Below, one piece after another: positions 38,545 through 51,447 of a stretch of 64,000 nucleotides of DNA. Numbering within the stretch: position 1 is the stretch's first letter; every line of letters begins with the position of its first letter. The notes below the pieces were generated by a model, which was not told the DNA's origin, searched no databases, and saw nothing but the letters and a program-made list of their open reading frames with translations. This DNA is from Octopus vulgaris (Eukaryota). The stretch is from positions 89,962,001 to 90,026,000 of the forward strand of contig OX597819.1 in NCBI GenBank assembly GCA_951406725.2, in the 5' to 3' direction. The translations under genes were made by a program, and so were the position numbers.

Positions 38545-41500
38545 CTATATTTACATACTGCACATGCAGAGAAATAGATTCACAGAGAATAGTTAGCAGA
38601 AAACCAGTTTTAGATTACCAATGTTATAGAACAATGAAACTAATGCTGATTTTTTTTTTTCTTTTAGAGAAGTAGCTGTTTAAGGAACACTTTGTAAATG
38701 GCATACAGCAAGAAACCTATTTTTCCAATCACATGATTCCAGGTTCAGTTTCACTATATGGCACTTTAGGCAAGTGTCTTCAACTATAGTCTTATGCAGG
38801 CTAAACCCTTGTGAATGTATTTAGTAGATGAAAACTGAAAGATGCCTGTCATGTGCATGTGTGTTTATCCCCCACCATTGCTAGTGTGTTTATGTCCCCC
38901 ATAACTTAGTGTTTCAACAAAAGAATCCGATAGAAATAAGTACACATCTTGTTAACCAGTACTTTACATTGGGAACATAAGATGTACCCATTTCTACCTA
39001 CTTCCATTCTGCATATCAAGCATGCCATTTGCCTGACAATAAGTTTCTGTCGTCTTTCCCACCAACCTAAACTTTCTAAAGTTTACTCTCAATTCTAGGT
39101 TTCACTTACAAGTCTGGGAATTTCTCTAAATCACCTACAGATTCAGCTGTAAGAACTAAGTCATCAGCATACAGGAATTCCTATGGTCAGCCAGTCTCAA
39201 GGTCCTCTGTTATAACTAGGGACGCACCACCTAGGTAGGCAAGGTAGGCAGTGCCTATGTTGAATAAAATCGATCAATAGCAACATTTTCCTTTTATGGC
39301 AAAATACGCACCTAATCCAATAAAATTATGAAATTTACTCTGATTACTATGCATAAAATACAAAATATTTTATTTTTTCTAGATTAGGTAAGCATAATTC
39401 ACTCCTACCTTTCAATCTCAGTATTTAAGCTACACACAGTACTGCTGTAGAACACGTGCTACGTACACTCTTACAACACCTGTTTTTTTTTAAATGCTAT
39501 AAAAGCAGAAGTAAATCTGCCTTCAACTCAGTCGCATGCCTGTGTTTTACTACATAAAGGTTATCAACTACTTACCCTGAGTAATTACTGACGGCATGTG
39601 CCTGGTTATAACCCAGAGGACTATGATAAACAGGAATGGGTTGAGGGATCTCTACCTACATACTAAATTCATTGCTAACTCTCAGTTTGCTTGCTGAGTT
39701 TTTAGCACATGGTATGCATGGTTCTCACAAGCTATTCATCTAACTTCTAACCACAATTTCTTGGCAACCACATGATTGCATAGCAAGAAACCCTTTAAAT
39801 ACGCCAACATTCATCTAATCGCATAGAAGGGACTAATGCAAAAACAATTAGCAACAAGCTATACTTTCTTAATGTTTTAAAAGAGATTAATGCATTTGAA
39901 AGGAAAGCAAAGCTATGAACTACTTATGGAGAGCTGCATTTCTAAACTGATGTGTGTGTGTGTTATAACCAAATGACACAGATAATACAAACATGGTACA
40001 TCTCTGTCTTTTATAACAGCCATTTGTTGAGCGATGCTTGTGAGTGATTTTTGGTGATAGGAAACTGCACAAAAGCCCATTTCATTGTGTGTATGTGTAT
40101 GTGCGCATGCATATGAGTAAATCTTTTATCTTTATTTGTTTCAGTCACTGGACTGTGGCCATGCTGGAGCACCAACTTCAAAGGCTTTAATCCAACAAAT
40201 TGCCACCAGTACTTATGTTTGTGTCTGGTACTCATTCTATCTGTCTGTTTTGTTGAACCACTAAGTTATGGGAACATAAACAAACTAACACTGGTTGTCA
40301 GGCAATGTGGTAGGACTAACACAGCCACAAAGACACACACACACAGATATATAAATGAAGGGCTTCCACATATGATTTTGGCCTTCCCTGGCCTTATCAA
40401 TGGTAGACACACAGATACTGGAGATAGCAGCAATATCTCTGCAAGCGATATGCACAGAATCAGTGCCTAAACAAGCACTGGTGTCATGAATAGCCAGTGG
40501 GCTCATCAAAAGATAGTTATTGGTGACAGAAGTGGTCTTAATACCAAAAAAGTAATATTTATCCCCAGATCACATGATTTCAGCCTTCCAATGCCTTGTC
40601 AATGGCACATAACTGGAGGCTAGAAATAGCAGCAATATCTGCCTGAATTACAAAGACAATTCCTTGTCACTCTTCTTACAAAAAATACAGTGAACCAGTG
40701 ACTGGCCATTGGAAACCTGTAACCAACAATGCTATACTTCACCAAATGTGTGTGTGTGTGTGTATAAAACCAGCACTAGCTAAGTTTATTTGCTTGCTCT
40801 CATCACCAACTGGTCTGATAACATAAGATTATTGTTCTTCTGCTGTGACTAATGTCTCTTATATCAGTCCAACCCATGCTAGCATGGAAAACGGACGCTA
40901 AATGATGATAATAATATATAATATAGTACTATAAATAAAGTAATGAGTGAAATAACAAGCATTTTTTAAGCTGTAAAGACATACATAAATACACATTAAA
41001 GTAATACTTACTTTGTGTAATGTAAGACCCGGTATTATAATACCAGCTTTGGGATCCTCTCGGATTGGTAACTGAGATTTTGAATTCAACAAGTCTTTAA
41101 TTTGCTCATTATAGATCTGTAAACAATAACAAACAAATTCCAATGAGAACAGTTAGGAACAGCAACTGGAAATGAACACAATAAAAAAAAAAAAAGGCAT
41201 CTAGTTTGATAGTAACAAGGATTATTATTAGTATTCTGCTATTGCCTGTCAGCATCTTTCTCTTAATAGGATGACTAAGTGTCAGAGAAATGATGGAAAA
41301 ACTTTTCAGCAACAGTACAGGGATCTGAACCTGTAGTTAGTTAATAGAGAAGGTTGTTCTAACTGCTGGTGCAGAATCCTCTCCTTGTCCAAACATTGTT
41401 TTTTCCAACCATTGCAATATCTGGGGATTATTCTTTGCTTCTTCTACACAAATACCTGGTGCCTTCATTCCAACCATTTGGACTGAAAGTACCAACATGT

Positions 41501-44500
41501 ATTTACCCTCAGATAGCTCAAAATACCCTAATCATGACCATTTTGCCAATTTTTCCAACTATGTAACCTTATCAAATGAGAGTTTTCCTTAAATTATGAG
41601 TGTGTGATAAGAGGAAGACTTGGTAACTATATCCAGGAAGTTGTATAACTACACAGAAATACCTTTAGATCTGTTCCATACAGGCTAATCTAAGACATAA
41701 CAACAGCAACACAAGCCACAAATTCCTCTCTGAGACACATACCTCTCAACCTCAATTTCTAAAACTTCTCAGGTGTTCAAGTAAAACTTTACTCCAATAC
41801 TTTTTCAGAAATGTTGAGTTTGCACCTACGAGAGAGTAGACGTTGATTTTACTTACCATAAATCTTAACATTAGCACCAAAGACTTTCAGTTGGTCTAAT
41901 ATATATTTGGTCATACTGCTGGCATGGATTTCCATGACCCTCTGTCACCACTCAATTCTATTTGAATTGGGAGCTTGAGTGATGGTAAATCTTTCATTAG
42001 CTGATTACACAACCATGGATGCATTGCAGTTACGATCTTGATAGATCTTGGTGATCCTGACCATTGATCTTCCAAGATTTCTCCACTCAGCATCAATGTA
42101 AGAAACACTGTTGGCTCAGTTGCATTCTTCTGCTGCCTCTTTTGAATCTGCTATGCCATATCCCTGGCAGAGTGGTTGAATGAGTGCTATGCCTCACCAA
42201 GGAGCAACCCTTAATTATGCAGGACAAGGAGTTACTCCATGAGATATTTTCAAATTATCCGCATACCTGTAGTCAATCTCTTACTCCTTGTTAAAATTTT
42301 CACTCACACTGACAACACTAATGTAAAACCCAAATCATTTGCTATCCTGAACTGTGGCACCAGTTAGTTTCTTCCCTTACTCCCCATTTCACTTGCAATT
42401 CAACACTGTACACACCCACACACACACAACAAAAAACTGCATATAAACTCTTTCTCAACTTCACCCAAGTTCTACGTTGCCACATACAACGCTTTCTCTG
42501 AACAATCTAATCCAACAAGATGACAAGTCCTCATGTTTCCTTGTCATTGGCTTCAAAAAGTGCACTCTGCACCTATCTTCTGTCCTCACCAAACTATTGT
42601 CTCTGCTCCTTTAATCTGTGTGAAAACTTAACAATAATTCCCAAACCTAGGAAAGCAATTTCTCTTATCCTACTCACTCACTGTTACTTTTGCAAATAAC
42701 TTACACCACGTTGAAAGATAATGAATATTCAATTGATTGGCAAAGACATGTACACACCAATATTTTACAGTTTCTTCACCTTTTTGACAATTTCTGATCA
42801 CCTGGGCTACCAAGGTGTATATCCTCTGCCACTTAGCCCATCAATGCACCAACCTCTCTACTGTGACTTACCCCACACTAAATTTTTACTTTAAGCATGG
42901 AAAGCGGACGCTAAACGATGACGATTGGATTGTTATTAACCCTTTAGCATTCAAGTTAGCCTGTCAAATGTAATGCTTTTTCATTCAGATTGTTTTTAAT
43001 TAATCATGCATTATTTTGTAGCTTTGAAATTTTGAAGATGTGATTGTAATTTTTTAGAATAGCATTGAAGGGTATGTGTGATAGGCTGGATCTGGCTAGC
43101 TAGAACATGAAACAGGTAGCATATCTGGGCTGGATATGGCCTGTTTAAATGCTAAAGGGTTATCATCGTTTAACGTCCGCTTTCCATGCTAGCATAGGTT
43201 GGACGGTTCAACTGGGGTCTGGGAAGCCAAAAGGCTGCACCATGCCCAGTCTGATCTGGCAATGTTTCTACAGCTGGATGCCCTTCCTAGCGCCAACCAC
43301 TCCGTGAGTGTAGTGGATACTTTTTACGTGCCAGACAAGGCTGGCAAACGGCCACGATCGGATGGTGCTTTTTATGTGCCACCGGCACGGAGGCCAGTCA
43401 GGGCGGCACTGGCTACGGCCACGTTCGGATGGTTCTCTTATGTGCCACCGGCACTGGTATCACAGCTACAAATTCCATTGATGTTGATTGATTACGATTT
43501 TGATTTTCACTTGCCTCAACAGGTCTTCACAAGTAGAGTTTTGTGTCCCAAGAAGGAAGATGCCAACCCACATAACTGCCTTTGTTTCAGTCATACAAAA
43601 CCACTAGTTTGAAGGTGTTCATATATAAATTGAAACTTTCTACCATAATTTTATGCTGTAAGCCACTCACTGAATAATATCTGAGTTATTTTACTAAACC
43701 CCTCCAGATTGTGGATTAGTTTCAATATCAATTGCAACACATGGTCAATGTACTTCATGAGAAATATTTTGATGAAAGGATTAAAACGAACAGCATGTAT
43801 AAAAGCATGGTATGAAGCAGCATACAGCTGCCATGGTGGAGAGTCATGTGAAGTTGAGAAAGAGTTTATATACAGTTTTGTTGTTGGTGATGGTGGTGGG
43901 TGTGTAGGTATATATGCAATGTTGGGGTGGAAGAAGAACTGGGAATAAGTGAAAAAGGCCAACAGGCGCCACAGTTCAGGATAGCAAATAATTTGGATCT
44001 TATCTTCCTCCCTAATAATGCTCGTGATCTAGAGTACAATTAAACAAACAACCTACCTCTAAATAAGAAACAGCAACATCACAGCTTTTTTCAGTTTTAA
44101 TTGCCTCTATTCTCTGATAAAGGTCCATAAGAGTGAGGAATGTGATTCCAGGAAAGTCATTGGTACCGAGCATGGTATATGTTTTCCCAGCACCAGTAGC
44201 ACCATAAGCAAATACTGAAAAATAAATCAAAACTATTTTGAAATAGAAGTTTATTAATTGAATGTAAAACTTACCCCTTAGTCCTCCTGGTACAGTCAAC
44301 TTTGCCTTCCAAGATTAACAAGATTAATCTACTAAACCCCAGCTCCAATATTTAAGGCTTTTGCCTATGATATAGAAATCACTAATTATTAGTAGAACTT
44401 ATTTTTCAAGTCTAATCAGTCAATAAAACAAGAAATAAAAGTATTACACTTTTTTTTTTATTCCCAACACATTAAACTGAATTCAAAAGACAGACTGCAG

Positions 44501-47500
44501 ATGTCTAAAGCAAGGTTTGAACTGATAACCCTTGGTCTGTAGGTCAATAGCTACAACTCTTCAAATTGCTGCCACAACACTTACTGTAAATCACTTAATT
44601 AAAACTATAACCATATAATGGACAGTTATTAGCTACATCTATACAGCATCAATGAACAAAGCTAGAAGCAATTTAACACACTCATAAAATGCACAATATC
44701 ACTAAAAGTGATTAACTTTCAGCGACCAGTAAGAGGTACATTCTTCAAATATAAACCTTTTGCAATGCTTCTAATGAAATCAATAAATTTATATGAGCAA
44801 ATTCATAAAAATTTCATAGTTTAGCCAAGTGAACATTGATCTACGTTTTTCAATTTGCTTTCAACAAAGATTTGTTTTTTTGTTTCTATTTCCCCAACCA
44901 CCATAAAAAATATATAAAATGAACCCTCAGCATTTATAAATTGATAAAAATACTAGCAATTGGTGATGGCTTCTAAATATTACAATGTCAGTAAATAACA
45001 AACATTTGAAATTAAAACAATCCAATGTTCTTTATAGGTGAAGAAATTTAAGTATATAAACATATAATACCTTTACAACTATCAGTATTGGTATTCACAT
45101 TGTAAGGCAGAGCTTGTTCTTTACTTGAAACTATACATCAAATAGTTGCAATACACAGGCCAGTTACAGTCTGAAGCCTGTCCAAGATCATAGACCAGAA
45201 AGCAATGCAAGGTCTGCTTTGATGATGCAATTTGTCTTCAAAAGAATTTTTTTTATTTGAAAAAAAAAATAAATAAATAAAACTATCAAAGGAAGACGAG
45301 CTATACCTCTGACTTTCACAGGTCCTCAAAGACTGGTGAAATTGATGTTTTATCATGAACAACTCCAAGAAAAATTTGACCAGGGATGATTGACAATACA
45401 GGAAGAAAGAGTTGAAGACAGTATTTGCAATAAATTTGTCATGGAAGAAGTGGAGCTCAACTAGGATGCTTTCAGAGACAGAGGCCATTTTAGAGGCAGC
45501 AGAAAAAGTAGAGTAAGAAGACCATATAGTGTGGACTAAGGATTGGAGTGTATTCATGAGTTGACTCCATGCTAATCAGTCATGCATGACCAAAACAGTA
45601 GGTTCTCAGTACTGACAATAATGACTCCATAGAGCACTATGCATTAAGTTTACACATCATCTTTCAATCTAAAAAACAAGCACACAGTGTTCTTTTGAAA
45701 CACAGCTAACCAACTCGCAGCCATTGACAAGATCAGGTCAAACCAATATCTGTATCACACAGATGATTTTCAGGCACATGTTGACCATCTTTCAGAAACC
45801 CATCTCCAGTAGGTTGAATATCTCTGCTTCACAAGCATTCCACAAAACTTCCTCCATTCTGTGCATAGATATTTATTAAATAAAGCACAGATATTTATTA
45901 AATATAAAGACAGAGTCTGATATCCCATCCTCTATAAAAATCCATAAACATACATAATTCAAGCAAGGCATGCAAACCCAAAGAGGTTGCTTCCTTTTAC
46001 TCATTCTATTGTCAGTTATTGTATAATTGTTTAGATAAAAATATGGTTACTTGAATGGAAGAATTGCTGTAAGAGTTAGAATGACAATTTCAAATACTAA
46101 ATCATGGAAAGAATGTTCAATTAAGTTGGTATAACATATTCTTTTAGTGGTTTCAGTCAATTATATCACTAGCACCCCTGCCAGAACTTATTTTATCAAA
46201 AGGCTAAACAACTAAATTCACCAACTTATTGAGTTAACTTTCTTCAGGGATATAGCACAAGGTATTTCTTATTTCTTTATTGCCCACAAAGGGCTAAACA
46301 TATAGGGGACAAACAAGAAATTAAGTCGATTACATCGACCCCAGTGCGTAACTGGTACTTAATTTATCGACCCCGAAATGATAAATAGCATATAGCACAA
46401 GGTATTTCTGTTTGCAAACTGATTTAAACAAAAACAATACATACACAAGTACTCGGATAACAGGCTTCCACAGTTTCCATCTACAAAATTTCACTGACAA
46501 GCAATTAGTCAACCTAAGACTATGATGGAAGATACTTGCCCAAGGTGCAATATTGTTTGACTGAACCCAGAACTGGGTAACTGAGAAGCAAACTTCTTAA
46601 CCACACAAACATGCTTACACCTAACATTTTTTAACAATATTTTTTTTGGTTATAGAACATCATACAGTAATCCCTTGACTATTGCAGGTGTTACATTCCA
46701 AAACACCCTGCGATAAGTGAAAATCCGAAGTAGAAACTGTATTTTTTTTTTTTGATAATTTGTATATATAAATGCACAACGAATACCATGGAGGAAATGA
46801 GAAAAGCTTAAATAATTAACCGCAACATGGCGAGGGATTACTGTATTTGGAAAGTAATTCTAAGGAAAATTACTTAATTAGACCAAGAAATGATTAGAGA
46901 GTGCCATTTCTAAATAAATAGATATTTTTAGCTGTCTGTTACATCAGCAGATGAGGTGCTATTTTTTTTTCTTAAACTAACAATAGAAAAATAACGTACT
47001 ATAAAACATGTACAAATGTTTTAATTTGCAGGATTAGCCAACCAATACATGAAAGTTGCCTTGATACCAAGTAGAGATATATTCTTAGTGGTCTATTCTA
47101 GTGACCCAGTTTCAGCTCCTGGTTTTAAACAACTTTGCCTCACATTTTCTTTAGAAGGTAAGTATTGCATTTCAGATAGTGCTTGTGCATCTGATGAAAT
47201 TTTCCCATAGTCAATGCCTACATAGAGGAAACAAAAGGCATCTACTTTAAAATGGCCTCTCTAATGACAACATTAAATTAAGCTACAACAGGAATGAATA
47301 AACAATAAATAATGTTTATCAAATAGACAAAAAGCCTTAAATTATACTGACGAGTATACTTGATTATATCAAATACAGTACATGACTGATTTGTATGTAA
47401 TCAACCTCAGAGGTAATGAAAGGTGAAGTTGCCCTCAGCAGCATTTGAACTCAAGTCAACAAACAAAAGTAACAATTTCTCTAATCGTAAGTATGAAAGA

Positions 47501-50500
47501 ATTAAGTGGGAGTATTTACCAATTATGACGAGTCTTTCAGTAACATCCCATTTTAGTGACCAACAATAACCAGCCAACATAGAAAAGCTCGACTTCCCTT
47601 GGTACCAGTTTCTATGTTCAGAATGTCCTGGTGAAACCTCTCATCATGCTTGTCACTGACAGTCATCTGCTTTGTTGATTTTGCTGCTGCATTCGACTCC
47701 GTCGATCATGCAGGCAGATGGTATCCCACCTAAACTTCTCAATCTTACCAAAGCTTATTACTGCTCAACAAGATCCCGCGTACGCGTGTATGGTGAAGTG
47801 TCGGAACCCTTCAAAATACGGTCTGGCGTTCAGCAAGGATGTGTTCTTTCGCCAACTCTTTTCAATTACGCCATCGACTGGATCACCACAAATGCATTAA
47901 GGGAGTTCCCCGGTATCACGGTTGGTCACAACTTTTCCATCAAGGATCTAGACTACACAGATGACATTGTGATACATGGCAAAACATTTGATGACGTCCA
48001 GCTTGCTATCAATGAGCTCCAGCGTGTTGCATCGCAGATTGGTATGAAAGTCAATGCCTCAAAGACCAAAATCCTCACAGCCGGCTTTGCCCCACCAGAC
48101 AAAACACCCATTGTCCTCAATGGTGATATTCTTGAAGAGGTTGAGTTTCAAATACCTTGGCACCATCATTACAGCTACAGGTCGAGGTGAGGCTGACATT
48201 AAAATACGAATCGACCTCGCTCGCCAAGCCTTCAACCGACTCAGTGCATGACTCTGGTCAAGATCTGAGATCCAACGCACCACCAAAGTACAGATCTACC
48301 AAGCACTAGTGCCGAGCGATTCTCCTTTATGGCAGCGAGTCATGGCCAATGAGGTTGGAAGATATTAAGCGACTAGAATCCTTCGATCACCTCTGTCTAT
48401 GCCGCATCCTTCGTGTCCGATGGTATCACTTTGTCTCCAACAATTCGGTGCGACACCAGTGCAGAATCACCTCCCTCCGACAAGTCATCCTAACAAGACG
48501 TCTGCATTGGCTGGGTCATGCCCTCCGTTGTCAACCAGGAGAATTCATCTACGAAGCAACTGCCCCACCTCCCCTTCAAGGTTGGCGAAAGCGATGTGGT
48601 GGACAACGAAAAACCTGGCTGATGACAGTCAAGGCTGGTCTAGAACCCAACCTAGGCCCCCATATCTACAGCGTTTGTCACTGGAATAAGGAGTGGTTGG
48701 AGATCACGCGGTTGTTAGCCTCAAATCACCAGGCCTGGTCGGCATTTGAGAGATGCAGCATTGAAGATGAATGAAGCCAGCTCAACCCACCCTGGGTGAA
48801 TGCTGTCAAGTCAAGTTGTCACTGACAGCCCCAAGATTTGCAGAGAAAAAGTCCAAGTGAGAGATCAAGAAGTAGATTTTTTTTATGCATGTGTTTTTAT
48901 ATATATCATCATCATCATCATTTAGCATCCGCTTTCCATGCTAGCATGGGTTGGACGGTTTAACTGGGGTCTGGGAAGCCAGAAGGCTACACCAGGCCCA
49001 GTCTGATCTGGCAGTGTTTCTACGGCTGGATGCCCTTCCTAACGCCAACCACTCCGTGAGTGTAGTGGGTGCTTTTTACGTGCCACCCGCACAGGTGCCA
49101 GACGGGGCTGGCAAATGGCCACAGACGGATGGTGCTTTTTACATGCCACCGGCATAGGGGCCAGGCAAGGCTGGCAACGGCCACGATCGGATGGTGCTTT
49201 TTACGTGCCACCTGCACGGAGGCCAGTCAGGGCGGCGCTGGCAACGGACACGGTCAGGTGGTGCTTTTTACGTGCCACGCGAGGCTGGCAACGGCCACGA
49301 TTGGATGGTGCTTTTTAGATGCCACCGGCACGGAGGCCAGTCGGGGCGGCGCTGGCCACAGCCACTATCGGATGGTACGCTTACGTGTCACCGGCACTGG
49401 TATCGCAGCTGCAATTTCCATTGATCGACTTCGATTTTGGTTCTGATTTCTGATTTGATTTGATTTGATTTTGATTTTGATTTCCACTTGCCTCAACGGG
49501 TCTTCACAAGTGGAGTTTTGTGTCCCAAGAAGGCAAGGTATGCATAAGTCGACTGGCTACATCCCAGGTAGAGGCCATGGGTAATGGTCTTACTAGTCCT
49601 GCCGAGTCTTCTCACGCACAGCATACTTCCATAGGTCTCGGTCTCTAGTCATCTCCTCAGTGAGACCTAAAGTTCGAAGGTCGTGCTTCACCACCTCGTC
49701 CCAGGTTTTCCTGGGTCTGCCTCTTCCACAGGTTCCCTCAACCACTAGGGTGTGGCACTTTTTCACACAGCTATCTTCATCCATTCTCGCCACATGACCA
49801 TACCAGCGCAAACGTCTCTCTTGCACACCACATCTGATGCTTCTTAGGTCCAGCTTTTCTCTCAAGGTACATACACTCTGTCGAGTATGAACACTGACAT
49901 TACACATCCATCGGAGCATACTGGCTTCATTTCTTGCGAGCTTATGCATATCCTCAGCAGTCATGGCCCATGTATCACTGCCATGTAGCATGGCTGTTCG
50001 TACACACGCGTCATACAGTCTGCCTTTTACTCTGAGCGAGAGGCCTTTTGTCACCAGCAGAGGTAAGAGCTCTCTGAACTTTGCCCAAGCTATTCTTACT
50101 CTAGCATTTACACTTTCAGCACACCCGCCCCCGCTACTGACTTGTCTACAACATTGTTCCACCACCACGTTACCTTGGGACGAGAGGGGACTTTGCACCA
50201 GCCACAGATCTGGTCAGTGGCTCTCAGCAGGTTGTCCCTTAGAAACGTCCAGTTGCCTTCTACCCCATGAGATACTCTATTCCCCTCTACTCCGTCAAAG
50301 GCTTCAAGTAACATGTCCCTAAATCTCTGTCCATTCGCAGGCTCTTTAAGCTTCCAGATCCTTCTTCTCCATGTTGGTCGTCTTATGGTTGTCCTCTTAG
50401 TCCCGATCCTAAAGTCACTAACTACCAGTCTATGTTGTGGGGTACATTCTTCGCCTGGGAAGGTTTTGGCATTTATAAGCAGCCATCTCTCCCTATGCCT

Positions 50501-51405
50501 GACAAGGATGTAGTCAATTTGGCTGGTATGTTGGTCCGATCGGTAGGTGACTAGGTGGCTGGTAGGTTTCCTGAAGTTAGTGTTGCAAACCATAAGATTA
50601 TTTGCATCGCAGAACTCCAGCAGCCTGGTTCCCTCCTCGTTGCGGGAACCATAGCCATAACCTCCATGTACACCATGGAAGCCCCCAGCATGTCGTCCAA
50701 CATGACCATTGAAGTCACCAGCCACAAAGAGAAGGTCTCTGTCGTTCGTCAACGAGGTAGTCTGCAGTAGAGTGTCATGCATGTGTATGCGAGAGCGTAG
50801 TAGGTGCTTTAAGTTAATACTTATATTTAATAAATATAAGTATTAACTAAAGTAGGATATAATTAATGAAGTATATTATATACCCTGCTGGTAATTTTGG
50901 TTATATCCTTTAAGTATTATTTTGTGATGTGCAAACTGATACCATGAGTTTACTGTCAGATATATTCATTAGGTTATTTTTGTATTATCTGAAATAAAAT
51001 ACCCACATATTGATTAATCCCCCAAAATTGAATATATATATATATTCATACAGACCCAAGACCTGGGATGGAATGTTGGACTTCACCAAGTCCTTTGGAG
51101 ATATGCTGTACTTGAGAAAACCTGGCAAGCGAAGTGAGACTGTAACTGTGGGCTATGCCAGTGCAGCATAACCAGTCCATTTAAGAGCTCCCTTCAATCA
51201 CTGGGCAATAAACAGCACTTGCAAAGACCTGTTAAAGCAAGTGAAGTTCTTGTCGTGGCCGATGACAGATGGCACCTGTGCTGGTGGCTCGTAAAAAGCA
51301 CCATTTGAGTATGGCCAATGCCAGTACTGCCTGACTGGCCCTCGTGCCGGTGGCACATAAAAAGCACCCACTACACTCTCGCATACACATGTATGTATGT
51401 ATGTA

Positions 51406-51447
<42 letters not shown>

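Noticed and set aside
45138-45850. 139-aa ORF and surrounding sequence
   Set aside because: Interrupted by poly-A/T runs; probably a very old LINE remnant that I cannot classify.
49060-49400. Repeat-spacer pattern superficially like a CRISPR array
   Set aside because: Eukaryotic context, spacers are related to each other, it lies in a LINE 3' UTR, and there are no cas genes.
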